In this document: positions 48,172-58,283 of the stretch, one piece after another
How positions within the stretch are numbered: the first letter of the stretch is position 1
Layout: every line of letters begins with the position of its first letter
From: Planctomycetota bacterium
GTDB lineage: Bacteria > Planctomycetota > Phycisphaerae > FEN-1346
Direction of reading: 5' to 3'
Length of the DNA stretch: 64,000 nt
Assembly (NCBI GenBank): GCA_030602705.1
Contig: JAUVZF010000009.1
Span: forward strand, 94-64,093
Made by a program: the position numbers and the translations under genes
The notes under the pieces: generated by a model
Databases searched by the model: none
Told to the model about the DNA's origin: nothing
The model's input: only the letters and a program-made list of their open reading frames with translations

Positions 48172-49323
48172 CTACTCTCCCGCGAGGTCCTCGTGCGAAC
48201 TCTCTGCGACGTGTGCCAAAGCGGATTCCACAGGCTCGCCGACCCGTTGTGGCGCAGCGGCCGCGACCTGGGCCGGGCGGCTTTCGCGCATGTGGTTGCC
48301 CTTGGCCATGATGCACACGCCGATGATCAGGATGGCGATGCCGGCGACGATCCAGGTGATGCTCTTGCGGCTGGCCCCCTTCCACTCGCCCGTGCGGAAC
48401 CCGTGGATGTTGCCGACGATGATCGCAAACGACATGAAGGCCGCGTAGCCGACCGAGATGCCCAGTTTGCCCAGGCCGATGTAGCCCAGGCCGAAGAAGA
48501 AGATCGCCCCGTCGTGCAAGAAAGCCATGATCAGCGCCAGCACCAGGAGCATGCCGACGCCGGGCTTGCCGAAGTTCTTCCAGGTCTTGTTCTTCACGAG
48601 CAGCACCACGCAGTAGCCGAACGACGAGAGGGCCCCGCCCCACAGGATGAGCGCCGTCACGACAAAGGCCGCACGCCACGGCGGGTTGCCGAAATCGTTC
48701 CGGGCGATCCCCAGGACCGGCCCGGCGTAACTTGCCGCCACGGCGTAGCAGGCACACAGGATGCCCGAGACGACGCCGATCACAAGGCCGATGAGCATCT
48801 TCGGCTTCTTCGTCGCCGTTTGCACCTCGTGGGTCTGGTGCTCGTTCTTCTTCAGGCTCCGCTCCTTGAGGATGCCGGCCCGCCCGGCGACGATCACACC
48901 GAGCAGGCAGACGGCCACGCCCGCCAGGATCACGTAGCCGTGAGGCGTGAGCACCTCGTCGGCATTGTGCAGGAGCATCGGCGCCATCGACCCGAACATG
49001 ATCTGTGCGCCGTAGTTGAGGGCGTAGGCCAGCGAGAGGCCGATGAAGGCGAAACTCATGCCCAGCGTCATCGACCCCAGGCCCCAGAGGAAACCGAAGA
49101 CGAGCGGCAGGATGAGAACGCTCAACCCGGCGGCCGAGTAGATGGTGTAGAAGTCCTTCACAATCATCGGCCCCAGCGTCACGGGAATCAGCACCGTCAC
49201 GAACAGGAAGAACGGTCCCCACAGGTTCTCCCAGGGCGTGTCCTTCTTCACGAACTTGCTCGGCAGGCCGAACGACCCGCCGCAGATCGCACCCAGAAGT
49301 ACGAAGAGGAATCCCAGGATCAT
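48172..49323 (-). CDS. L-rhamnose/H+ symporter-family (RhaT) sugar transporter
   Basis: 10-TM profile with two homologous halves; resembles the RhaT family by recall. Confidence 0.6.
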   Translation of the reverse strand: MILGFLFVLLGAICGGSFGLPSKFVKKDTPWENLWGPFFLFVTVLIPVTLGPMIVKDFYTIYSAAGLSVLILPLVFGFLWGLGSMTLGMSFAFIGLSLAYALNYGAQIMFGSMAPMLLHNADEVLTPHGYVILAGVAVCLLGVIVAGRAGILKERSLKKNEHQTHEVQTATKKPKMLIGLVIGVVSGILCACYAVAASYAGPVLGIARNDFGNPPWRAAFVVTALILWGGALSSFGYCVVLLVKNKTWKNFGKPGVGMLLVLALIMAFLHDGAIFFFGLGYIGLGKLGISVGYAAFMSFAIIVGNIHGFRTGEWKGASRKSITWIVAGIAILIIGVCIMAKGNHMRESRPAQVAAAAPQRVGEPVESALAHVAESSHEDLAGE

Positions 49324-49339
49324 CGGCGTTTCCCTATTT

Positions 49340-49492
49340 GTACGTGTTTAGCGTGTCATTCCGAGCGAGCGAAGCGAGTCGAGGAATCTCGCCGTTATCC
49401 ATGTCCGGACGACGAGATTTCTCCGCTCGCCCTCGCCAAAGGCGAGGGCTCGGTCGAAATGACATCGCTTCGAGAGCACGCTAAACAGGTAC
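49340..49492 (-). mobile_element. MITE (GTACCTGTTTAGCGTG family) copy 3, 153 bp, inverted, 8-bp TSD CCCTATTT
   Basis: TSD at 49332-49339 and 49493-49500. Confidence 0.9.
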
Positions 49493-49713
49493 CCCTATTT
49501 CATGGCCCACGTGCCGCACGCGGTGCATCCCACCCGCGACGTTGGGTGGCATTGTAACGTTCGGCCATGCCGCTTGCCAAACGCTTTCGCCGGCCGCGCC
49601 GGCCCTCGGCCGAGGCGCTATTGAAAATGTGCCGCGCCGCCGTGTATCCTGGAGGCGGTCTGTTGGTGGACGTGTCCCGTACGTGGTCGGGTCCGAGCGC
49701 GGGGAAGATTCCC

Positions 49714-52281
49714 ATGACGGCGCGGTATGCCCCAGGCCGGTTCGTGCTTTTTTGTTTACTGGTTGCCGCACACGTCTCGTCGGCGCCGGCGGGAACCGCC
49801 GCTGCCGAGCGCGGCCAGCGCAATCGCACGCTGCTGGACCAACTCGATACGCCGCTGCTGTTCGTGAAGCGGCTCAACTACCTCGGGATTCACATCTACG
49901 ATACGTACTACAAGTGGCGGCCGGGCGGCGGCATCTACGTTCTGGAGAACCCGTCCGCGCCGCCTGCCGAGCACAGGACCCGGCCCGTCATCGACCCCAC
50001 CATGCCGGAGACGCTCGGCGCAGGCATCTACAGCGATCCCGAACTCTCCTGGGACGGCAAGCGTCTGCTCTTTTGCTACAAGCCCAGCCGGAACGGATCG
50101 ACGAGCATTTACGAGATCGGCGTGGACGGCAAGGGCCTGCGGCGGCTGACCGATCCCGCCCCGTACTGCGCCGCCTACAAGGGCAGAGAGGCGGGCAGCC
50201 ACGACGTGGCGCCGGCCTACCTGCCGGACGGTCGCATCGTCTTTCTCTCGACGCGGCCGAATGGTCTGGTGCCCTGCAACAACACGGGCGTTGCGACTCT
50301 ACACGTGATGAACGCCGACGGTTCCGACATCCACCCCATCTCGGTCAACAACGTCAACGAGTTCGACCCGTGCGTCCTGCCCGACGGCCGCATCCTCTTC
50401 GGCCGATGGGAGTACGTGGACAAGACGGCCCTGACGCAGCAGTCGCTCTGGACGGTCTTCCCCGACGGCACGAACGAGACGGCCCTGTTCGCCAACAACA
50501 TGGTTCACCCCGAGGCGCTGCTGGACGCGCGGCCGGTGCCGGGGGCGCTTCCGCTGGTGGCGGCGTCGTTCACGCGGCACAACTGCCCGCCGCGCGGCAA
50601 GGTCGGGTTCGTGGATACGTGGCTCGCAAAGAACGGGGCCGAGGCGCTGTTCAACCTGGAGGACCACCACCGGCCCACCGTTGACACCGGCGAGTCGTGC
50701 GAGCCCTGGCCCCTCTCGCGAGACGTTATCCTGTACAGCGGCAGGCCACGGGGGCGCAAGTTCAACGCCATCATGATGATCGACCGAGGTGGGCGCAAGG
50801 CGGTGGTCTGCGCAGACCCGAACATCGACTGCCATTCGCCGATCCCTGTCAGGCCGCAGTTGCGGCCGCCCGTCATCGCCCACAACACGCGGCGCGACGA
50901 GCGCGCCGGACGCTTCTTCGTTCAGGACGTTTACCAGGGCCTGACGGGGGTGAAACGCGGTGAGGTCAAGTGGCTACGCGTCATCGAAGAGACCGTGCGC
51001 ACGAGCCCGAGCCCCGGCGGCGCCCTCAACCAGACCTTCCTGATGAGTGCGGTGCTCGCCTGGAGTGCCAAGAACTTCCTGGGCGTCACGCCGGTCGAAC
51101 CCGACGGGTCGGCGTACTTCGAGGTGCCTTCGGGGCGGGCGGTCTATCTCCAGGCGCTCGACGGCGAGGGACGGCTGATCCAGAGCATGCGGACGTTCGT
51201 CCAGGCGGCGCCCGGCGTTACGCGGTCCTGCATCGGGTGCCACGAGTACAAGTTCTCGGCGCCGGCAAGCGCCGCGAGCGCCCGCGCCCGGAAACGCGGG
51301 CCTGGGCGGTTGAGGGCCGAATCCTGGGGCAGCGGGTTCATCGACTATCCGAGCATGGTCCAGCCGATACTGGATAAGCACTGTGTGCGATGCCACGGCG
51401 GCCAAGGGGGGATCTCGGCAAGCCTGGACCTGACGGGTGGGTGGACCGAGTATTTCAGCATCAGTTACGAGAACCTCGTCAGCCGGCGCGAAACGCAACT
51501 GGTGGCCTATTTGATATCGGGCATCGACTGCATGAACGGCACGTCGTACTGGTCGGCCAAGATCTTCCCGCCGCGATTCCACGGCTCCGGGGCCGCGCCC
51601 CTTGCGGACGTTCTCGTCAACGGAGACAAGGGCCACAAGAAACGCTTCACCGGCCTCTCGCGCCCCGAGCGCGACCTGTTGCTGGCCTGGATCGACACCA
51701 ACGGCCTGTACTACGGCACGTGGGACTACACAAGGCACGGGTGCCGCATCAAGGCCTGGGGCGGCATCAAGAACGCCCTGATGGCCCGGATGCAGAAGGC
51801 CGGATGCGCCCGGTGCCACGGCGACGGCAAGCGGATCCCGCGATTCGAGAGCGACTGGTTCAACTTGAAGCGGCCCGAACTCAGCCGCATCCTGCGGGCG
51901 CCGCTCGCCGAGGGCAGGAAGGGTTTCGGCCTCGCGCTGTGCCGCGACCGCAAGGTCGATCCGCGCCGGCAACGCGTCCATTTGCTGCGGACCGGGCGAT
52001 ACGTCCACGGCGCGGAGCCGCTGGAGAAGTTCAAGCCGCAGCCCACGCCGCCACCGCCGCCCGACGGAGGCCGGCCGGTGGCGTCCTTTGCCTCGACCGC
52101 TGATCCGCACTACCGGGCGATGCTGGACATCATCCGCGACGGGCGGCGACAGGCGCTGGCGGCGCCCCGCGTCGATATGCCCGGCGCGGATGTCCAGCCG
52201 GGCAGTTTCCGCCAATTCGTGCCCCACGTATTAAGGAGTGCTGTAGGTGGTTACGGGCATATGCAGGAGGGAGATTCGTAA
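49714..52281 (+). CDS. secreted beta-propeller (PD40-like) + tri-haem c-type cytochrome protein, HzsA-like architecture, paralog 3
   Basis: Signal MTARYAPGRFVLFCLLVAAHVSSAPA. CxxCH x3 (SCIGCHEY, HCVRCHGG, CARCHGD). Confidence 0.85.
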   Translation: MTARYAPGRFVLFCLLVAAHVSSAPAGTAAAERGQRNRTLLDQLDTPLLFVKRLNYLGIHIYDTYYKWRPGGGIYVLENPSAPPAEHRTRPVIDPTMPETLGAGIYSDPELSWDGKRLLFCYKPSRNGSTSIYEIGVDGKGLRRLTDPAPYCAAYKGREAGSHDVAPAYLPDGRIVFLSTRPNGLVPCNNTGVATLHVMNADGSDIHPISVNNVNEFDPCVLPDGRILFGRWEYVDKTALTQQSLWTVFPDGTNETALFANNMVHPEALLDARPVPGALPLVAASFTRHNCPPRGKVGFVDTWLAKNGAEALFNLEDHHRPTVDTGESCEPWPLSRDVILYSGRPRGRKFNAIMMIDRGGRKAVVCADPNIDCHSPIPVRPQLRPPVIAHNTRRDERAGRFFVQDVYQGLTGVKRGEVKWLRVIEETVRTSPSPGGALNQTFLMSAVLAWSAKNFLGVTPVEPDGSAYFEVPSGRAVYLQALDGEGRLIQSMRTFVQAAPGVTRSCIGCHEYKFSAPASAASARARKRGPGRLRAESWGSGFIDYPSMVQPILDKHCVRCHGGQGGISASLDLTGGWTEYFSISYENLVSRRETQLVAYLISGIDCMNGTSYWSAKIFPPRFHGSGAAPLADVLVNGDKGHKKRFTGLSRPERDLLLAWIDTNGLYYGTWDYTRHGCRIKAWGGIKNALMARMQKAGCARCHGDGKRIPRFESDWFNLKRPELSRILRAPLAEGRKGFGLALCRDRKVDPRRQRVHLLRTGRYVHGAEPLEKFKPQPTPPPPPDGGRPVASFASTADPHYRAMLDIIRDGRRQALAAPRVDMPGADVQPGSFRQFVPHVLRSAVGGYGHMQEGDS

Positions 52282-52299
52282 GATTCGAGTGAAGCACCC

Positions 52300-52419
52300 A
52301 CGCCGCGGGTGGGGCCGCAGTACCAGGTCGCCGGCCGTATCGCGGGACTGAAACTCTACCGGCGTGCCCTGTCGGTGGAGGAAGCCGCCGCAGCCTTCAA
52401 GGCGGAGAAAGCGCCTTGA
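52300..52419 (+). pseudogene. remnant of a LamG/concanavalin-like domain C-terminus (...GRIAGLKLYRRALSVEEAAAAFKAEKAP*)
   Basis: Short in-frame segment with a LamG-tail-like sequence and no upstream ORF. Confidence 0.3.
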
Positions 52420-52511
52420 CAGGGGGCCGATTTGGGTGTACGGTACATGTAGCCATTGTGGGGATAGGCAGTTCTTTTGACCCTTGGTCGCCGGAGGGCG
52501 GAAGGAACGCC

Positions 52512-53306
52512 ATGCCCCGAATTACCCCCCTTTTGCTGGTTCCGGTTGTGTGCGCAGTATGCGTCTCGCCGGCCTCGGGCACGCTCTTTCTTGAGGACAC
52601 GTTCGACGGGACCGGTCCGCTGGACCCGCTGAAATGGACGGTCACCGAAAGCGCGGCCTGCGTTAGCGTGGGCCGGGTCGGCGGGGTGGCGCAGATGAGC
52701 CTGACGGAGGACTGTGTCGTCCATGACTACGGCCAGGCGATGAGCGTTGACGACTGGACGCCGCCGGCGGTCGGCAGCCTAGACTGGTCCGCCGATTTCC
52801 GAAAGAGCAGTATCGGGGCCGACAAGCCGATGCTGGAGCCGCTGCGCTTCGAGAGTCCTGCCGGCAGCATCAGCGTCTGCCTCATCTACGGGTCGATGCA
52901 CGCCGTGCTGTACATCTTTGAGGACGACGGCTCGATCGGGACCACGGTGGCGCTGCGGGACGCGCCGGTGACGGGCAACCTGTTCGAACCCGGAACCGGG
53001 AACAACTACTGGCAGTATCTGTCGGTGGACCTGGCGGCAGAGGACGTGTCGGCCACGCTCAGCGGCACGCACGACGGTGAGGACTACGAGCAGTACTGCG
53101 CGACCGTGACGGACTACACGAACTACTTCGACCTGGAGAAGTCCCGGCAAGGGAACTTCGGAATGTTGACCGAGGCGAAGGTGCAGGGCGGGATTGCCCA
53201 GGCGGCTGAGTTCGACAACGTGCTGTTGACGCCGGAACCGGCGACGGCCGTGCTGATAGGCCTTGGCGGACTCATCGTGGGCCTTGCCCGCCGCCGGGCG
53301 GCGTAG
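52512..53306 (+). CDS. PEP-CTERM sorting-signal protein 2
   Basis: SD GGAAGGAA. Signal peptide. C-terminus PEPATAVLIGLGGLIVGLARRRAA. Confidence 0.85.
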   Translation: MPRITPLLLVPVVCAVCVSPASGTLFLEDTFDGTGPLDPLKWTVTESAACVSVGRVGGVAQMSLTEDCVVHDYGQAMSVDDWTPPAVGSLDWSADFRKSSIGADKPMLEPLRFESPAGSISVCLIYGSMHAVLYIFEDDGSIGTTVALRDAPVTGNLFEPGTGNNYWQYLSVDLAAEDVSATLSGTHDGEDYEQYCATVTDYTNYFDLEKSRQGNFGMLTEAKVQGGIAQAAEFDNVLLTPEPATAVLIGLGGLIVGLARRRAA

Positions 53307-53392
53307 TCGAGTTCTCCGCTCACAAAAACGCGCGTGCAGGGCAGGGTGCCCCGCACGCGTTCGTCTTGGCCATAGGGCGGTCGGTTTGTGCG

Positions 53393-54253
53393 TTAATCGT
53401 GCTGGGTCGCGGCACCGGCGGCAACGGGCTCGGCCTGTTTGGTCTTTCGGACGATTGTGAAGAAGAGTTTGACCAGGTCGGGATCAAACTGCTTGCCGGC
53501 GTTGACCTCGATCTCGGCCAGTGCCTCCGGCGAGGTCATGGCGCCGCGATACGGCCGGTCGGAGGTCATGGCGTCGTAGGCGTCGACGATGGCCAGGATG
53601 CGTGCGCCAATCGGTATCTCGTCTCCCTTCAGTCCGTTGGGGTAGCCCTGACCGTCGTATCGCTCGTGGTGGCTGAGGATGATGCGGCGTGCGCCGTCGA
53701 GAAAGGCGAGGTGCCGGACGATCTTGGCGCCGCGTTCGCAGTGCATCCGCATGAGGGCGAACTCTTCGGGGTCGAGGCGTCCGGGCTTGTCGATCACCCA
53801 TTCCGGGACGGCGATCTTGCCGATGTCGTGCAGCGCAGCCGCCCGCGCGACCTCCGTGAGTTCGTTTGCTTTCAGGCCGGCCAGCGTCGCCAAGCGGACC
53901 GCCAGTTCCATAACGCGGTCGGTGTGGCCGCGCGTGTAATTGTCCTTGGCCTCGACGGTCTCCATGAGGCTGGCCATGGTGTTGACGTAGTGCTGCTCGA
54001 TGGCCTCGCGGTCTTTGAGTCCGCCGATGGTGACGGCGGCGGCGTCGCTCGTGTCGGAATCCCCGTTCTTGCGCTGGAATCGCGGTGCTCTACTGGGCTC
54101 GCTGCCGGGAACCAGCCTGACGTTGCCGCATATCGCTGGCGGAGTACGGCAGTTGGGCGCAAGGTTCCGGGTGGGATGCTGAGAAATGGCGATCTTGCCC
54201 GGAGAAGCGGCATCGAGGGCCGACATCCCGATGACCGTTGGTCGGCGCCGCAA
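53393..54253 (-). CDS. HD-GYP domain protein (c-di-GMP phosphodiesterase family)
   Basis: HDIGK ... HHERYDGQGYPNGL. Start uncertain. Confidence 0.8.
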   Translation of the reverse strand: MRRRPTVIGMSALDAASPGKIAISQHPTRNLAPNCRTPPAICGNVRLVPGSEPSRAPRFQRKNGDSDTSDAAAVTIGGLKDREAIEQHYVNTMASLMETVEAKDNYTRGHTDRVMELAVRLATLAGLKANELTEVARAAALHDIGKIAVPEWVIDKPGRLDPEEFALMRMHCERGAKIVRHLAFLDGARRIILSHHERYDGQGYPNGLKGDEIPIGARILAIVDAYDAMTSDRPYRGAMTSPEALAEIEVNAGKQFDPDLVKLFFTIVRKTKQAEPVAAGAATQHD

Positions 54254-54352
54254 GGTTCGGAATTGCTAAAGGCAGGCGGCTTTCTATGCCGAACTAGCGC
54301 AAGCCACAGAGGATAACGTGTTGTTGGGGTTGGGGCGGTCTGGCGCTGTCCT

Positions 54353-56062
54353 GTGTGGCACCGGCGCACCTGCGGCATGCACCTTCCCCTAAGGTGCGAA
54401 GGCGTGAGTCTGCCGCACGAAACAGCCGAACAGGGCGATCCGGCCAACGGCCCGCCGTCTGCGCAGGCCGAGAAAGGGGCTCAGGGCGCCCCCGCCGCCG
54501 TGGCCGAGCACGACCCGGCAGCCACCGAAGAACTGATCTCCCAACTCGGTCTGGAACCGGACATGGTGGGGGGTCACGCCGTTGACCCGGGGGTCGTCCA
54601 TCTCCTGCCCGAGGGCCTGGTCCGCGAGCACCTGGCCATCCCCGTTTGTATGAAGGCCGGGGTCCTGGTCCTGGCAACCTGCTGTGACACCGACCTCGCC
54701 CTGCTCGACCAGATCGAACTCATGACCGGCCACCGCGTGGAGCCGGTCCAGGTGAGCGAGAAGGAGATCCGGCGTACCATCGAACGGTACTTCACCGTCG
54801 ACCGCAGTTTTGCGGAAGGTCTCAGCGACGTGACCGGCGGCGAAAACAGCGACGCCGCAGGGCCGGTCGTCTCCCTGAACGAGCGGCTCGGGGCCCGCCG
54901 CGCCGCGCCGGCCGTACGCTTGGTTGATTCCATCCTGCGAGGAGCCGCACGACGCGGCGCCAGCGACATTCACATCGAGCCCCTCGCGAACGAACTGCTC
55001 GTCCGGTACCGCATCGACGGGGTACTGCACGACATGATGCGCGTGCCGAACAACATTCAGGAAGAGGTGGTCTCGCGCGTCAAACTCATCTCGGCGCTTG
55101 ACATCACCGAGCACCGCGCGCCGCAGGACGGCCGCATCAGCATTCGCATGGAGTCCTCTGACTTCGACATGCGTGTCTCGACGCTGCTGACGGTCGAGGG
55201 CGAGAAGATTGCCATCCGGCTGCTGAACAAGTCGTCCGCCAGTCTGGGCCTCCGCCAGTTGGGCATGCCCGACGAGCAGCGAGACCTGTTCGCCAAACTC
55301 ATCACCCGGCCTTACGGCATGATCCTGCTGGCAGGGCCGACCGGCAGCGGCAAAACCACCACGCTCTACGCGGCCCTGCGGGAAGTGGACTGCAAGCACC
55401 TCAACGTGACCACCATCGAGGACCCCGTCGAGTATTCCTTCGACCTCGTGAACCAGATCCAGGTCAACCCGGCGGTGGGCTTGACGTTTGCGGGGTCGCT
55501 CCGGACGGTTCTGCGGCAGGACCCGGACATCATCATGGTCGGCGAGATTCGCGACACCGAGACGGCTCGCCTCGCCGTCCAGGCCGCCATGACGGGGCAC
55601 CTGGTGTTCTCAACGCTCCACGCCAACGATTCCCCGAGCGTCATGGACCGCCTCAAGGACCTGGGCGTTCCGCCGTTTCTGATCGTCTCGACCCTGGTGG
55701 CGGCGATCACACAGCGTCTGGTGCGGCGGGTTTGCCCGGAGTGTGCCGAGACCTACCAGCCCCCGGAGGAACTCGTGGCCGGAACCGGCCTGGAAGGCAT
55801 CGAACTCAAACACGGTCGCGGGTGCGACATGTGCATGGACACGGGATACCGCGGACGCATGGGCATGTTCGAGATCTTCCCGGTGACCGAGGCCGTTCGC
55901 GAGACGTTCGTGCAGGGCGCCTCCAGCGACGCGCTGAGGACCCTGGGCCGCGAGACCGGCATGATCACCATGCGTGATTCCGCCATCGAGGCCGTCCGCA
56001 ACGGCCACACGACCATCGAGGAACTTCGCCGCATTCTGCCTGCTGAGGATATTGAATCGTGA
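54353..56062 (+). CDS. gspE: T2SS/T4P assembly ATPase (GspE/PilB family) with N-terminal GspE_N domain
   Basis: Walker A GPTGSGKTTT, Asp box and His box. A tetracysteine CPEC...CDMC is also present. Confidence 0.9.
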   Translation: MWHRRTCGMHLPLRCEGVSLPHETAEQGDPANGPPSAQAEKGAQGAPAAVAEHDPAATEELISQLGLEPDMVGGHAVDPGVVHLLPEGLVREHLAIPVCMKAGVLVLATCCDTDLALLDQIELMTGHRVEPVQVSEKEIRRTIERYFTVDRSFAEGLSDVTGGENSDAAGPVVSLNERLGARRAAPAVRLVDSILRGAARRGASDIHIEPLANELLVRYRIDGVLHDMMRVPNNIQEEVVSRVKLISALDITEHRAPQDGRISIRMESSDFDMRVSTLLTVEGEKIAIRLLNKSSASLGLRQLGMPDEQRDLFAKLITRPYGMILLAGPTGSGKTTTLYAALREVDCKHLNVTTIEDPVEYSFDLVNQIQVNPAVGLTFAGSLRTVLRQDPDIIMVGEIRDTETARLAVQAAMTGHLVFSTLHANDSPSVMDRLKDLGVPPFLIVSTLVAAITQRLVRRVCPECAETYQPPEELVAGTGLEGIELKHGRGCDMCMDTGYRGRMGMFEIFPVTEAVRETFVQGASSDALRTLGRETGMITMRDSAIEAVRNGHTTIEELRRILPAEDIES

Positions 56063-57228
56063 GCACCGACGTTCTGGAAAAACCGAAACCTGCCGGACGG
56101 GCCGCCCGAACCGGCCCGGGCGCCAAACCGCCTGCGCGCGGCGGCGGGCCGCCCAAGGACTCCAAGGGCGGCGGCTTCCTTTGGAAGTCTCGCGTCAGCG
56201 AAGGCGCCCTGGTGCCGCTGTGCCGGCACCTTGCGGCCCTGGTGGGCAGCGGCATCAGCCTGACGGAATGCCTGAGGACGTTCGCCGAGGAGACGCCGCC
56301 CGGCACGCTGCGCCGGGTCCTGGCCGACATTATCAACGACATCGAGGCGGGGCGCAAACTCTCCGTGGCCCTTGAGCGGCACCCGGAGCATTTCTCGCCG
56401 TATTTCCGGGCGTCGATCTGGGCCGGCGAGGAAAGCGGCCAGATGCCCGAAACCCTCGACCGCCTCGCCTGCTACCTCGAAAGCAAGCAGGAGACCAGGC
56501 AGAAGATCCGCAACGCCTTCGCGTACCCGATTACGCTGATCGTGGTCATCGTCGGCGTCGTCTCGTTCCTGCTCCTGTACGTGGTTCCGGTCTTCGCGAA
56601 CGTGTACCAGCGGATGGGCGTAGGCCTGCCGCTTCCGACGCAGGTGCTGGTCGATTTCAGCGACCTGCTCATTACGTCGCCGTGGGTCCTGGCTCTGCTG
56701 GTTGGCGGCTTCATCGGGCTGCTTGCCTGGATCCGGAAGAGCCCCGCCGGACGCTTGTGGTTCGACCGGTGGAAGATCCGTGTTCCGATCGTCGGCCCGC
56801 TGCTCAAGAAGATGGTTCTCTACCGCTTCATGCGCTCCTTCGGCGAGATCATGGGCGCGGGCATCCTGGTCCTGAAGGCGCTGGACCTGGCGGGCCAGGT
56901 CACCGGCAACGAGGCCTTCATCCAGTCGCTGGGACCGGTGCGGGCGGACATTCAGCGCGGCACGGGTCTGACGGGACCGCTGCGGCGGACGGGCTGGTTC
57001 TCCCCGTCGCTTCTTCAGGTGATATCGAGCGGCGAGCAGTCCGGGCGCGTGTCCGAGTTGATGGGCCGCGCTGCCGATATCCTGAGCCGCGACGTCGACC
57101 TGACGCTGAAACGCGTCGTCGGACGGATCGAGCCGCTGCTGACGGTCGCCATGGCCCTCATCGTCGGGCTCGTCCTGTTGGCCGTGTATCTGCCGATGTT
57201 CGACGTCATGCAGCACGTAGGTAAGTGA
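56059..57228 (+). CDS. gspF: T2SS/T4P inner-membrane platform protein (GspF/PilC family)
   Basis: Two GspF repeats with three TM segments. Overlaps gspE by 4 nt. Confidence 0.85.
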   Translation: MSTDVLEKPKPAGRAARTGPGAKPPARGGGPPKDSKGGGFLWKSRVSEGALVPLCRHLAALVGSGISLTECLRTFAEETPPGTLRRVLADIINDIEAGRKLSVALERHPEHFSPYFRASIWAGEESGQMPETLDRLACYLESKQETRQKIRNAFAYPITLIVVIVGVVSFLLLYVVPVFANVYQRMGVGLPLPTQVLVDFSDLLITSPWVLALLVGGFIGLLAWIRKSPAGRLWFDRWKIRVPIVGPLLKKMVLYRFMRSFGEIMGAGILVLKALDLAGQVTGNEAFIQSLGPVRADIQRGTGLTGPLRRTGWFSPSLLQVISSGEQSGRVSELMGRAADILSRDVDLTLKRVVGRIEPLLTVAMALIVGLVLLAVYLPMFDVMQHVGK

Positions 57229-57303
57229 TGGTTCGCCCTGGCCGCGCAACGGGCGCCAGCGGGGCATGCACAGAGGAGCATGGAGTTGAAAGGAGTTGTC
57301 AGA

Positions 57304-57632
57304 TGTCCAGGAAGAGAGGTTTTACGCTGATTGAGTTGTTGCTGGTGGTTGTCATCCTGGGGCTCTTGGCTGCTGTGGCCATCCCCCGGCTGGCTGCTTC
57401 TGGGAGTGATGCGAAGAAGAATACCTGCAAGTCCAACATCGCGCTCATCAACTCCCAGATCGAACTGTGGTCCGTCAGCCACGACGGGGTGTATCCGGCC
57501 GACGCAACCGAGTTCAACGCCAACATCCTGAACAACACGGATATCTTCCCCGACGGCCCGCCGGTCTGTGGTTACGGCACCGCCTACACCTACGACACGA
57601 GTACCAAGCGTGTCGAGCCGCACAGCCACTAA
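57304..57632 (+). CDS. major pseudopilin/pilin, copy 1 (prepilin leader ...KRG|FTLIELL)
   Basis: Class III signal. Two Cys. 109 aa. Confidence 0.85.
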
Positions 57633-57789
57633 CCGCGCGTCGGCGCGGTCAATGGCGGACCACCAGTAGCCGTCCTGGCGTTGGATTGAGGGCGGAGGCT
57701 CGTGTTTTGGTACGCAACGAGGCGGCGTGCCCCCGGCCAAGTGGGGTACGCAGCCAGGCAAACTGGTCGCATTTGAAGGAGGACGCGCT

Positions 57790-58125
57790 ATGCCACGGCA
57801 TAGGAATAAGGGCTTTACCCTGATTGAGTTGCTGCTGGTGGTGGTCATACTCGGACTCTTGGCCGCCGTGGCCATTCCGAGGCTGGCCGCCTCTGCGAGT
57901 GATGCGAAGAAGAATACCTGCAAGTCCAACATCGCGCTCATCAACTCCCAGATCGAACTGTGGTCCGTCAACCACGACGGGGTGTATCCGGCCGACGCAA
58001 CCGAGTTCGGCACGAACATCCTGAACAATACGGATATCTTCCCCGACGGCCCGCCGGTCTGTGGTTACGGCACCGCCTACACCTACGACCCGAGTACCAA
58101 GCGTGTCGAGCCGCACAGCCATTAA
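57790..58125 (+). CDS. major pseudopilin/pilin, copy 2
   Basis: ~95% identical to copy 1. Confidence 0.85.
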   Translation: MPRHRNKGFTLIELLLVVVILGLLAAVAIPRLAASASDAKKNTCKSNIALINSQIELWSVNHDGVYPADATEFGTNILNNTDIFPDGPPVCGYGTAYTYDPSTKRVEPHSH

Positions 58126-58283
58126 CCGTGCTTCGCCGCGGTCAATGGCGGACCTGGAGTCGGCGCCCTGGCCTCAGATTGAGGGCGGAGGCTCGTGTTT
58201 TGGCCACGCAACGAGGCGATACGCCTCGGGCGGACTAGTGTGCGCACGCAAGTAGCCCCGGCTCATGCGAAGGAGGGCGGACG

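Noticed and set aside
44987-49557. Very long ORFs 44987..46918(+), 46988..49222(-), 47206..49557(+)
   Set aside because: Antisense to the FGGY kinase, URO-D and RhaT genes. Their termini read through MITE copies, giving the repeated TCLACHSERAKRVE peptides. Not real proteins.
57229-58283. Sigma54 -24/-12 promoters upstream of the pilin copies (TGGCCACGCAACG, TGGTACGCAACG)
   Set aside because: TGGC-like -24 elements are present but no properly spaced TTGC -12 element was found, so no sigma54 promoter is claimed.
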